A stretch of DNA of 64,000 nt, taken from Marispirochaeta sp. (GTDB lineage: Bacteria; Spirochaetota; Spirochaetia; JC444; Marispirochaetaceae). A program made the position numbers and the translations under genes. Below are positions 9,120 to 18,331 of the stretch, piece after piece. The DNA is taken from contig OY763414.1 in NCBI GenBank assembly GCA_963667435.1, forward strand, positions 2,175,773-2,239,772. Reading direction: 5' to 3'. The notes beneath the pieces are model-generated. The model was not told the DNA's origin and did no database searches. It saw nothing but the letters and a program-made list of their open reading frames with translations. Numbering within the stretch: position 1 is the first letter of the stretch; every line of letters starts with the position of its first letter.

Positions 9120-11176
9120 GGGGCTTCAAGCAACCGCTGTCCCCGGGCCAGTGTAAAGCGCTGAATAAGCGTACGCAGCTCTTCAGACTGCCCTGCCAGT
9201 TCTTCCGCTGCAGCGGCGCTCTCTTCTGCACTGGCAGTATTTGCCTGAGTGACATCATCAATAAGCCCAACCCCTTCAGATACCTGGGTAAGCCCCTGAG
9301 CCTGTTCTCTGCTGGCGGAAGCAATCTCTTCGAGAAGGGCAGCAACCTTGCCGACTCCATTCACAATAAGTTCAAGCTGACCTGCTGTCTGTTCCACCAG
9401 CCGGTTACCCGCGTTGGAGCGCTCCACAGAAAGTTCAACAATCGCCGTGGTCTCCTTTACCGCCTGTGCGCTCCGGGATGCCAGATTTCTGACTTCATCC
9501 GCAACAACCGCAAATCCACGCCCATACTTTCCGGCTCGTGCAGCTTCCACATTGGCATTCAGTGCCAGAAGATTAATCTGAAAGGCAATGTCATCAATAA
9601 CCCGGACCACTTTCTTAATCTCTTCAGACCCCTGGTTGATCTGGGACATGGCGGAGACCAGTTCATCCATGGAATGACTGCCTCCGAGGGCGTTCTCTCT
9701 TGCTTCAATGGCAAGTTTATTTGCTTCCGTTGCACTGGATGCATTCCGGGAGGCCTGTCCATTAATCTCTGTTACCGACGAAGAGATCTGTTCCAGCGAA
9801 CTTGCCTGCTCGGTGGCTCCCTGGGAAAGCGACTGACTCGCCTGGCTAACCTGGTCTGCACCACCGGCAACCTGGTCGATCGCCCGGTGCACCTGACTGA
9901 GCAGATCCGTCAGGGATTGCTGCATACTTATCATGGATGCACCCAGAACATCGGCATCACTTGCAAGGGTAATTGTACCGGAAAAATCGCCATCGGCAAT
10001 CACCTTGAGGGCGTCCGCTTTCTGTCTCAGAGCCTCCACCATATCAAGAATCGACCGGTAAACTCCCCTGGTGTTCACTTCCTCAATGACGATACTTTCC
10101 AGATCTCCCGCTGCCACCGTTTCGGCAATTTTCACCAGTTCTCCCGGATCACGGCCCAGCTGTCTGAGTATACTGCGGGTTGTGGCCACCGCCAGAAAAA
10201 GTCCGCCCCCCAGGGCTGCAAAGGCAATGATCAGCACCGTAAAGATTATCTGCTCAACCCGGGCCTGCATTACCAGATCCGCCTCTTCCGCACTATCCTT
10301 ATAATAATTTACAAGACCGGCGAGAGCGGTTTGTGTCGCCTTTAATGCAGGCAGGGTTTCATCGTTAAAAATTGTTACAGCTTCAGCCTGTCGTACCAGC
10401 AGGGACTCCAGGTAGGCAACCGTCTGCTCCTTTCTCTGACGAAGGTCATCCAGCAAGGGAAGTACTACCTGAGTATACCGGTTTATCGCATCTGCCCTGT
10501 CTCCCCTGGCCACGGCACTGACAATTGCTTCCGCTGACTCATGCAATGCGGCATGAGGGGCTTCCCACCGGTCCAGCAGTCTTTTAAATTCAGGGTCTTC
10601 TGCGGTATAGCTGTAGTACCAGGTGCCGAAGTTGCATTTATGGGGGTCCATCTGTCCCTGAAAACTTTTACCGGTCATAATAAGCAGGTTCAGCTGCGAT
10701 ACCCACTCAAGATGATCCATCCAGGCCCGCTCAAGCATTACTATAAGATCCTCATTGAATTCAACGTAGATCTCATCAATCCTTGTGGCGGTCTCATGCA
10801 TGGCCTGATGAGGAGGCTTTATTGCGTCAATCAGCGCTTTGAGCTCCGGATCCTCAGCAGCCTGGCTACCCATATCACCACCATAGATCCACTTGCCCAG
10901 ACCACACTTCGTATAGTCTGTCTCCACATTCAGTGAAGAGACCGAATCCAGCAGAAAAAGATCGGATACATCATTTATCCAGTGAAGATGGTCAATCTCT
11001 TTCTCCAGTGCAAACGCTTGAAGGGAATTCTCATGAACCGTCCGTGCGCCAAGAGCTGCCACATCCATAAACCGGTAAACACTGAGAAATGAAACTGCCA
11101 GAATGATGAGAATCATTACTGCAAATCCAGCAGTCAGTTTGGCCCGAAGGGTAATAGCCTTCATTTTTTCCTCCAC
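9116..11176 (-). CDS. Methyl-accepting chemotaxis protein carrying two tandem CZB (chemoreceptor zinc-binding) motifs between TM1 and TM2, followed by HAMP and the MCP signalling domain.
   Basis: The MCP highly conserved domain (LLALNANVEAARAGKYGRGFAVVADEVRNLASRS) is present. Two TM helices lie at about aa 17-35 and 300-322. Two copies of H..W-x22-24-CxLGxW-x21-26-HxxxH occur (aa ~64-135 and ~160-225). Confidence 0.85.
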   Translation of the reverse strand: MEEKMKAITLRAKLTAGFAVMILIILAVSFLSVYRFMDVAALGARTVHENSLQAFALEKEIDHLHWINDVSDLFLLDSVSSLNVETDYTKCGLGKWIYGGDMGSQAAEDPELKALIDAIKPPHQAMHETATRIDEIYVEFNEDLIVMLERAWMDHLEWVSQLNLLIMTGKSFQGQMDPHKCNFGTWYYSYTAEDPEFKRLLDRWEAPHAALHESAEAIVSAVARGDRADAINRYTQVVLPLLDDLRQRKEQTVAYLESLLVRQAEAVTIFNDETLPALKATQTALAGLVNYYKDSAEEADLVMQARVEQIIFTVLIIAFAALGGGLFLAVATTRSILRQLGRDPGELVKIAETVAAGDLESIVIEEVNTRGVYRSILDMVEALRQKADALKVIADGDFSGTITLASDADVLGASMISMQQSLTDLLSQVHRAIDQVAGGADQVSQASQSLSQGATEQASSLEQISSSVTEINGQASRNASSATEANKLAIEARENALGGSHSMDELVSAMSQINQGSEEIKKVVRVIDDIAFQINLLALNANVEAARAGKYGRGFAVVADEVRNLASRSAQAVKETTAIVELSVERSNAGNRLVEQTAGQLELIVNGVGKVAALLEEIASASREQAQGLTQVSEGVGLIDDVTQANTASAEESAAAAEELAGQSEELRTLIQRFTLARGQRLLEAP

Positions 11177-11204
11177 TTTTCCGAATTTTTCCCAATACCT
11201 ATAT

Positions 11205-11238
11205 TGTTGAAAAAGAACAGCGGAATTGCAAATTCCGC
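11205..11238 (-). terminator. Probable intrinsic terminator after slyX: a GCGGAATTTGCAATTCCGC hairpin followed by a TGTTCTTTTTC run on the minus strand.
   Basis: An 8-bp perfect stem with a 4-nt loop at 11219-11238, and a T-rich run 3' of it on the minus-strand transcript. Confidence 0.4.
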
Positions 11239-11247
11239 CGAAAAAAA

Positions 11248-11448
11248 TCAGTAATGGGGAGGTCGGGTATGGGGAAGATTCTCTCCCGAGAGTTCCCGCA
11301 ATTCCTGAATCCGTTTGGTCAGCAGAGAAAGTGAGGCTTTCAGTGTATCAATCTCTTTCTGTTGATTAATTACCGTTTCATTAAGATCCGCCACCAGGGA
11401 CTCCTGGTAACTAAGTTTCATTTCAAGCTCCATCAGCCGTGATTCCAT
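11248..11448 (-). CDS. slyX: SlyX family protein (small coiled-coil).
   Basis: A 66-aa coiled coil ending in the SlyX signature C-terminus ...PPHY, with an N-terminal LExRLxELExKLAYQE pattern. Confidence 0.75.
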   Translation of the reverse strand: MESRLMELEMKLSYQESLVADLNETVINQQKEIDTLKASLSLLTKRIQELRELSGENLPHTRPPHY

Positions 11449-11479
11449 ACTCCGCCTCCCGCACAGAAAAATATCAGAC

Positions 11480-13543
11480 TCAGAATGACAATTTCAGTTT
11501 ACTTCCCGCTTTATCCAGAAGATCTTTTGCCTGATCCTGCAGCCCGCCGGCAATCTCCGCGCTGCGTTTCTCCAATGCTGCACGTTTTTCATCCACCGAA
11601 CTGCTCAGATTATCAGCCTCTTCAAGCCCTTTACCGAGGTCGCCGCCGTACTGATCAAAAAGATTGCTCAGCTCTTTGTTCTCTTCAAGACCGGTTTTCA
11701 GCTCATCCTGCAAAGCCTGTTTCACCTCTTCCTTCAACTCATCCGCACGCCCTTTGAGGTATTCTCCAGCTTTTTCAGCCAGAACCGAATCCAGAGTACT
11801 GGAGATTCTGAAGGAACTGATTTCATTTCCTTCGGCTTCAAACTCCAGGCGAAACTCAGCCGATTCTGTCTCCTCAAGGATTTCCCGCACTGCGTCTGAT
11901 AGAGGATCACCGGAAGAGTTATAAACGCCCTGAAAGGCGCCAAGGATAACCAGGCCTTCTCCCCGACCTTTACCGTCGGCTGATACAGAAAAAGTCAGCG
12001 ACCCCTCTGCTGAACCGGAAAGAGCCTTGACCCCCAGTCCGGAAAGAACCTCGCCTGCGTCAAAGTTGCCGCCCTCCATCCCTGCATTCAGAGAAAACAC
12101 AGTATCTGCACTGCTGCGCACATCCACCTCTCCAGAAGCGGTGATATCAATTCCACCGGTTGAAGAGTCCCAGGCATACGCAAAGGGCTTACCCCAGATA
12201 TCAGGATCCGAGTTGATATCATCCGCTGTCAGGCGCATAAAGGAGTCGCTTCCTTCTGCCCCTCCGGATACCCGGAATTCCTGTATAAGAAACCGGGGAA
12301 ATCCCTGCACAGGGAAATACACCAGCTCTCCTTTACGGGAAAGCACGGTCTTTTTTTTCTCATTATCAGGAGACTCTTTTTTCAGCCCTTTGGCAGCATC
12401 AATGGCTTTCATAGCTTTATCATAGTATCCGCCTATTTTTGCCCGCAGAATATTCTCCGCCGCCTGGGAAACAATGCCCTTCAAAGTTCCCGTGGGATTA
12501 CCTATGGCCTCCTCCAGCAGACTGTAATCCGCTGCCACGGCATCGGAGATCCCCTCCTGCAGTTGCAGAAGCTCTTTGCGGTTACGGTTGAAGTCTGCCG
12601 AGGTATCTCCCGCGGTTTTCACCGCCTTCTCCACCGCCGGAGAGTTATCATTAATAATCTTCAAAGCTGCTGCCACCTCTTCAGGGCTGTCGATTGAACT
12701 GACGTTTATAGCGGCAATTTTTTCCGCCCCCCGGCGTCCCGCAGCAAGATCATTGTCAAGATTATCTATACGGGCAGGCCAGGTATCAACAGCTTCAGAG
12801 TAGGCATCGTTTACTGTAGCGATGTACTCCGGGCTTTCAAGTCGGGATATCTGCCCGTCAAGGATAGCCTGGGGATCCATATCGGAAATCAGTCCGCCCC
12901 CCGGATCCACGGAAGATCCTGCATCTCCGGTATCAGAACCTTCAGATATTCCGGTTTCTGCCACATTCACGGAGCGGGTAGTTCCAGCGGCGATTCCGTC
13001 GGCAACTATACGGTCGATAACCAGCCGCTTCTTAAGAAGCTCCCGGAGATTCACTTTGAGCTCCGAAGCACCCAATTCAAAAAGATTGGTATCCGGCTTA
13101 TCCTTATCCGCAACAGAGAGAGCAGAAAAGGAGATTGAGCCGCTTAAAATTTTCAAATGAACCTGTTCCACACTGGCAGGGGCATGAAACACCGCAGACA
13201 GACCGGTTTCCATTCCCTTTTCGAGCAGTTTGTCTTTGAAAAGAAAATTAAAAACCACCCCGGCACCGATTATCACAATTAGTATTGCCGCTTTCCATCC
13301 GGTTACGACTCCCTTGTTCTTTTTTACGGACTTCATCAGGGCTTTGAGGCGCTTTGCGCTCTTTTTATCCAGCTCATCTTTAAGAACATAGCTGCCGCTG
13401 CTATCCCGGGTTACCAGTGAAAGAAGAAACTCCTTTTCCTTTTCCACATATATGCGCTTGAGAATCTTTTTGTTGAATTTCTTTTCAGGCACCGGCTTTC
13501 TGAAAATTTTCGGAGGCTTTACCGGACGCTTTTGTTTACTCAT
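11480..13543 (-). CDS. Large membrane-anchored protein with an N-terminal basic tail plus one TM helix and an AsmA/DUF748-like repetitive beta-rich body; resembles the TIGR03545 family.
   Basis: The K/R-rich N-terminus is followed by TM helix AAILIVIIGAGVVF and a long low-complexity extracytoplasmic region. It is translationally coupled (ATGA overlap) to the small upstream membrane protein, as described for TIGR03545/TIGR03546 pairs (recalled from memory). Confidence 0.5.
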   Translation of the reverse strand: MSKQKRPVKPPKIFRKPVPEKKFNKKILKRIYVEKEKEFLLSLVTRDSSGSYVLKDELDKKSAKRLKALMKSVKKNKGVVTGWKAAILIVIIGAGVVFNFLFKDKLLEKGMETGLSAVFHAPASVEQVHLKILSGSISFSALSVADKDKPDTNLFELGASELKVNLRELLKKRLVIDRIVADGIAAGTTRSVNVAETGISEGSDTGDAGSSVDPGGGLISDMDPQAILDGQISRLESPEYIATVNDAYSEAVDTWPARIDNLDNDLAAGRRGAEKIAAINVSSIDSPEEVAAALKIINDNSPAVEKAVKTAGDTSADFNRNRKELLQLQEGISDAVAADYSLLEEAIGNPTGTLKGIVSQAAENILRAKIGGYYDKAMKAIDAAKGLKKESPDNEKKKTVLSRKGELVYFPVQGFPRFLIQEFRVSGGAEGSDSFMRLTADDINSDPDIWGKPFAYAWDSSTGGIDITASGEVDVRSSADTVFSLNAGMEGGNFDAGEVLSGLGVKALSGSAEGSLTFSVSADGKGRGEGLVILGAFQGVYNSSGDPLSDAVREILEETESAEFRLEFEAEGNEISSFRISSTLDSVLAEKAGEYLKGRADELKEEVKQALQDELKTGLEENKELSNLFDQYGGDLGKGLEEADNLSSSVDEKRAALEKRSAEIAGGLQDQAKDLLDKAGSKLKLSF

Positions 13544-14076
13544 ACAAGGCCTCCGGGAATACTGCTAACCTTACTCACGGCTTTACCGATCTTTTTTACC
13601 AGCGGAAATCTCTGGAAGGCCTTAACCAGTCGGCTGTTTGCCAGAAGCGGCCAGAACCGGTTGCGGTAAAGTCTGACCAGAATGGCAAAGAGAAAAAACA
13701 CCGGACCCCAGAGAATTATTCCCGCAGCCAGCCCGCCTGTAACCAGGGAATTATTGAAATCGGTGTACGGTATCAGAGGCATGTTGATCATGGCGGTAAA
13801 CAGGGTATTCAGACTGCCGATATTCAGAATACTCAGACCCAGGGAACTTACAAGAGGATCCGCAAAGGGAACCACAAGCCGGGCAAGGGCCATTACAAAC
13901 AGAGCTGTTGCCAGATGTACCTTCAGAAAAAACACAATAACAAACAGCAGAATCCAGAGAAGATTGCCGCCGGGAATAAGGGCCAGCATAAGACCGAACG
14001 ACGCTGCAGCTGCGATCTCACCCGGCCGTGAATTGGCATTCAGAGCGGCAAGCAGCTTTGCAATCATGGTTATCAT
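13540..14076 (-). CDS. Small four-TM membrane protein (TIGR03546/DUF2062-like partner of the downstream large protein).
   Basis: 178 aa with about 4 hydrophobic helices. Its stop overlaps the start of the 687-aa gene by 4 nt. Confidence 0.45.
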   Translation of the reverse strand: MITMIAKLLAALNANSRPGEIAAAASFGLMLALIPGGNLLWILLFVIVFFLKVHLATALFVMALARLVVPFADPLVSSLGLSILNIGSLNTLFTAMINMPLIPYTDFNNSLVTGGLAAGIILWGPVFFLFAILVRLYRNRFWPLLANSRLVKAFQRFPLVKKIGKAVSKVSSIPGGLV

Positions 14077-14112
14077 GATCTACTCCTTTTTTCCATATAC
14101 AGTTAACCGCAC

Positions 14113-15057
14113 TTATGGTGCGGACAGATTATTCAATAAAAAAATTTCGGGGCGATACTCAAAGTGAATGGTATCAAAATACACCCATTTACCCCCCCAG
14201 ACAAACCCGTGCTTTTCAAAAGCTTCAATAAAGCCCTGCGGGGGATGGTATCTCTGATTATACGGCAATGTGAACCATTCCGGGAAGTTTGCTGCCGCCC
14301 AGAGCCAGTAAGCCTGTTTCCCACCATAACTTTTGGGTAACAGGTCAACCGCCACACCATAGGAGTGAAAACTCATGGAACCGGTACCAGCAATAGCCCT
14401 CCAGTTGTAAGCATCTAAGCCTGCAAGGGAGGCAACAAACCTGCGCACTGCAGGGTCAGTGAGGCTCAGAGCCTGAATGTCTTCTTCCACCGCCGCCAGA
14501 TCTTCCAGCAGTTCCCGATGAACCTCCAGCTTATGCCCCAGGAAATAGGTTGTTTTCATTCGGGCCCAACTGCTGGCACGGTCACTGATGCGCCAGAGTG
14601 TATTGTAAAATCCAGGATAGCGTCTGGGAGGATTCTCTTCCCTGGCAGCGGCCATTTCCCGGATTCGTCCCGCAGCCACACTACCCGGAGCAACAGGCCC
14701 GGGCAGTTGTGCAGGATATCGGTAAAAAGGATGCGCGGTATATTCATCCGCCCGATTTAGCAGCTCTTCCGGCAGAAGTTTCCCCTCCGCCCAGAAATAT
14801 CTGACTCCCTGCACGTTTACGGAATAATCGCCGTCAATAACCTCCACTCCGTCTATTTTATCCGGATAGGCACGCTGAAGAGCAAGCATAACCTCCCTGC
14901 CACTGAAACGACGCGGCTGCTCCCCGGGAAACTCTGTTGTATCAGCTGCCCTTGAAGGTTCAGCCTGCAGAACAATGGAAGCAGCGAATAAAACAGAAAA
15001 AAGCATATAAAAACGTACAGCCGTATTATTGACTGATCTTAAGCAAAAGTAAGTCAC
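14113..15057 (-). CDS. Secreted M15-family metallopeptidase (D-Ala-D-Ala carboxypeptidase / VanY-like fold).
   Basis: The motifs SFHSYGVAVDL (SxHxxGxAxD) and DTIHFEY (DxxHxE) are the Zn ligands of M15 peptidases, and a signal peptide is present. The start is GTG 15057 or ATG 15006. Confidence 0.65.
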   Translation of the reverse strand: MTYFCLRSVNNTAVRFYMLFSVLFAASIVLQAEPSRAADTTEFPGEQPRRFSGREVMLALQRAYPDKIDGVEVIDGDYSVNVQGVRYFWAEGKLLPEELLNRADEYTAHPFYRYPAQLPGPVAPGSVAAGRIREMAAAREENPPRRYPGFYNTLWRISDRASSWARMKTTYFLGHKLEVHRELLEDLAAVEEDIQALSLTDPAVRRFVASLAGLDAYNWRAIAGTGSMSFHSYGVAVDLLPKSYGGKQAYWLWAAANFPEWFTLPYNQRYHPPQGFIEAFEKHGFVWGGKWVYFDTIHFEYRPEIFLLNNLSAP

Positions 15058-15216
15058 ACATCCTCTCCAGATACCTTCAGCATACCCCTCCCGCCGCCGG
15101 GGAACAAGGAGGAATGAGAATGTTTAATAGTGTCCGTATTTGACACCCCGGGAAAAGAGACGTACCATTTATTATGTAAGAGTTCTTTAAAATACTTTAT
15201 CCAGGAGGATGCAGTC

Positions 15217-15861
15217 ATGACAGTTGGAAAACGGATGACATCAAACCCGGTTACCATTTCACCGAATGGTTCGGTAGCTGAAGCGCGCAAGATAATGCAG
15301 CGGGAAAAGATTCACCGGCTGCCTGTTGTAGACAAGCACGGAAAACTGCTTGGAATAGTTACAGAAAAAGACCTTTTAAAAGCTGCCCCATCAGCGGCTA
15401 CGAGCCTGGATGTATATGAGATATCTGAACTTCTCTCAGAGCTCAAGGTTGAAACCGTAATGACTGCAAATCCGGTTACCATAGATGAGTCAACCACTAT
15501 AGAGGATGCTGCTCGCATAATGTCCGATAACAATATCGGCGGACTGCCTATTCTCAGGGAAGGCCATATCTGCGGTATCATCACAGAATCAGATCTCTTC
15601 AAGATATTCATAGAACTCTTCGGAGCCAGGCGCGCCGGCATCCGTGCAACAATTCTCATTCCCGAGAAACGTGGAGAACTCGCGGATATAGCTTCCGCTA
15701 TCCGTGATAAAGGGGGAAACATTATCTCCATAGGAACGTTTCTGGGAGATGATATGACAAACAATCTCTGCACCCTCAAGGTAGACGAGATTACCAGAGA
15801 AGACCTGATGGAATGCCTTAACCCATATGTTGTTGAAGTCCGGGATGTACGGGAAGTATAA
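15217..15861 (+). CDS. CBS-domain pair protein with a C-terminal ACT-like domain (AcuB-like).
   Basis: Two CBS motifs are present (IHRLPVVDKHGKLLGIVTEKDL; IGGLPILREGHICGIITESDL). RBS AGGAGGA precedes ATG 15217; the ORF track starts earlier at 15130. Confidence 0.7.
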   Translation: MTVGKRMTSNPVTISPNGSVAEARKIMQREKIHRLPVVDKHGKLLGIVTEKDLLKAAPSAATSLDVYEISELLSELKVETVMTANPVTIDESTTIEDAARIMSDNNIGGLPILREGHICGIITESDLFKIFIELFGARRAGIRATILIPEKRGELADIASAIRDKGGNIISIGTFLGDDMTNNLCTLKVDEITREDLMECLNPYVVEVRDVREV

Positions 15862-15932
15862 GAGTCTGTCTTGATAACTAACCCTCCGGAGGCTATACTC
15901 AATTTAATAACTTCTATCATTACGGTGAATTA

Positions 15933-17150
15933 ATGGAATCAGTTCGGGTACCAGATCTAAAAGTTGGAATGATACTGGCAGAGGATGTCCGTGATATGAA
16001 CGGCAGACGTCTCCTTTCCGCCGGCAGCAGTATAAACGACAAATGTCTGCATATTCTCAACACCTGGGGCATCCTTGATGTAATGATCAAGCCTGTTATT
16101 TCCGGAACAGAAGCCCCCCCGGGCGAGCTTGCCGAAATAGAAGAAGATGAGAACCAGCAGGAAATCTCCGAACTTTTTTCCCTTATAAGCAGGGAAGATC
16201 CCCTGATTCAGGAACTCTGGCGAAAAAGTCTTGAAGCCCACGGCAGCCGCGGGTACAGCCATTTTCTTGAATATACCGAAGAACCGGCTCCCCTGCAGCG
16301 CAGTACTCTTCCCGCCAGCCCCGATGCAGTAATAGAAACAGCAGAGTTCACCACACTTCCGGAAGTTTACCACCACATTCTTGAAGTGATTAACAACGAA
16401 AAAAGTTCCACCATGGATATTTCCGATGTTATTACCAAGGATCCCAGCTTCACTTCCCGGATACTCAATCTGGCAAACAGTTCATTTTATGCTCTAAAAA
16501 ACAGCGTTGACACAGTCAGCAAGGCTGTATCCATTATCGGAACACGGGAACTCGGAACCCTGGCGCTGGGCATTACTATCAGCAGAAGCCTTCTCCGTAC
16601 AAAGCAGAACGACTACTCTCTCCTGGAATTCTGGCGTCATAGTGTAGCGACTGCAATCGCAGCCAGAACCCTGGCTATTTTTCTTAAGGAGAAAAATACC
16701 GAAAGATATTTTATCGGCGGGCTTCTTCATGATATGGGGAAGCTCCTTCTCTATTCACGTCTAAGAGAAGGGATTTATTACCTCGATTTCCTTTCAAGAA
16801 AGCATAGAATGAATCTACACAGCACAGAGAAGAGTATTCTCGGATTTACCCACGCCGATGTTGGTTCGCAGCTCTGTGTAAAATGGAACCTGCCGGAAAA
16901 CCTCCATTCCATGATCGGGGATCATCATAATGTGGCCCGGAGCATGAGATCCTATGAGGCTACAATTATCCATTTTGCCGACATTATCGCCAACAGTATA
17001 AAGAAGGGCACCAGTGGAGAACCCTTTATTCCGCCCGTACAAAGGGAATCCCGGGAGTTCCTGCAAATAAGCCCCAGTGCGGTGGCGGCAATTGTCAGTC
17101 AGATCGAAAACAATACTGATGAAATTGCAGGGATTATGCTGCATGACTGA
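15933..17150 (+). CDS. HDOD-domain signalling protein with an N-terminal ~130-aa extension.
   Basis: HDOD motifs are present: VITKDPSFTSRILNLANSSFY, IGTRELGTLALGI and GGLLHDMGKLLL. Confidence 0.7.
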   Translation: MESVRVPDLKVGMILAEDVRDMNGRRLLSAGSSINDKCLHILNTWGILDVMIKPVISGTEAPPGELAEIEEDENQQEISELFSLISREDPLIQELWRKSLEAHGSRGYSHFLEYTEEPAPLQRSTLPASPDAVIETAEFTTLPEVYHHILEVINNEKSSTMDISDVITKDPSFTSRILNLANSSFYALKNSVDTVSKAVSIIGTRELGTLALGITISRSLLRTKQNDYSLLEFWRHSVATAIAARTLAIFLKEKNTERYFIGGLLHDMGKLLLYSRLREGIYYLDFLSRKHRMNLHSTEKSILGFTHADVGSQLCVKWNLPENLHSMIGDHHNVARSMRSYEATIIHFADIIANSIKKGTSGEPFIPPVQRESREFLQISPSAVAAIVSQIENNTDEIAGIMLHD

Positions 17151-18279
17151 ATCCCGGAATCTTGAACAGGAAAACCAGGAGCTCTCCTCAAGCCTTTTAA
17201 ACGCATATGAGATAATTGAATCCCTGGGACCGATTTCAGACTGTTTTGAAGTTGTAAAGGACTCCCTTCCCCTGGACCGAATCCTCGATATGACAGACCA
17301 TCAGTTACGAAAGCTCTTTCCTTTTCATACCACCGCCTTTTTCCTGTTTCCCTCAGAATCGGAGGAACTGGAATGTCATAACTGTCATCCGCACGATGCC
17401 AGAAACAGGGTTGAAAAACTGATCCTTGAAGAGACGGATAGCGGTAATATCCATATCGCCCTGAGAGATCAGAGCCCCATGCTTCGACACATACCGGGAG
17501 ACGAAAACGAACGACTGCTTATTCACAGTATGGGAACCAGCAGACGCAGCAGGGGTATTTTTGCCGGTATCTATCAGGCTGGCAGCAGACACAGTGACAG
17601 ACTCAGCCAGCTGCTGCTTACCCTTGTTCTTTCCCAGACCAGTAATGCACTGGACAGCGCAGACCTGTTTTACGAAATGCAGAGGTTCAGCAGACTCCTG
17701 ACAGGAACAAAAGAACAGCACAGAATAAGCTTTGAAAAACTTAATAAAGGTGTGGACCGCATGTTCAGCCTTTTCCAGCGCCTTTCCAGTGCAGAGATAC
17801 AATCCTCATCCGAAGAAAACAATGCACGACTCTCGGTAATGCGCTGGACGTATCACAAGTTTACCAGCGGAGGCACTCCGGAAAATCAGGAAGCCGAACA
17901 CTTTCTGGCTGACCTTACAGAAAACTATGAATCAACCTTCGGGTACCGGCGGGATTCAGTAAGACTGTATGGTTCAAACGAAAAAAGAATACTCAGCCTT
18001 GAAACGGCTGTACCTCTTGCCATTGGACTTTTTGAACTCCTCTCCATAATTTTTCACCGCAGCAGCACTCCTCCGGAGAATCCTATTGACTTGTCCATTA
18101 CCGAAGTTAACTCTGCCTGGGAAGTACGAGTAAGGGAGGATCAGCTGCATGAACTTCCATCTCCGGAAACCACAGATATGGAACTGTTCAAGCATCTGAT
18201 ACTGAACGAACTGGGCGGCACCCTGCTGACTCCGGGCGATGGAAGCCAGAGAATAACAGGATTCAAAGTTCAAACCTGA
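17142..18279 (+). CDS. Uncharacterized cytoplasmic protein, possibly a GAF-like N-terminus plus a degenerate kinase-like C-terminus, co-operonic with the HDOD protein and the histidine kinase.
   Basis: The ORF continues past the previous gene. ATG 17142 overlaps the upstream stop by 8 nt. No confident motif is present. Confidence 0.45.
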
Positions 18280-18331
18280 TTTTTCATTTCACTATTGAAG
18301 TCTTAATTCCCGACTACTACCCTATACAGGG

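Noticed and set aside
11219-11238. Hairpin GCGGAATT-GCAA-AATTCCGC considered as a plus-strand terminator.
   Set aside because: On the plus strand it is followed by CGAAAAAAA, not a U tract. Only the minus-strand reading (after slyX) gives a hairpin followed by a T-rich run, so it was assigned there.
14113-15057. Alternative shorter start (ATG 15006) for the M15 peptidase.
   Set aside because: Both starts yield plausible signal peptides and cannot be resolved from sequence alone. The longer GTG-initiated ORF is kept, with the ambiguity noted.
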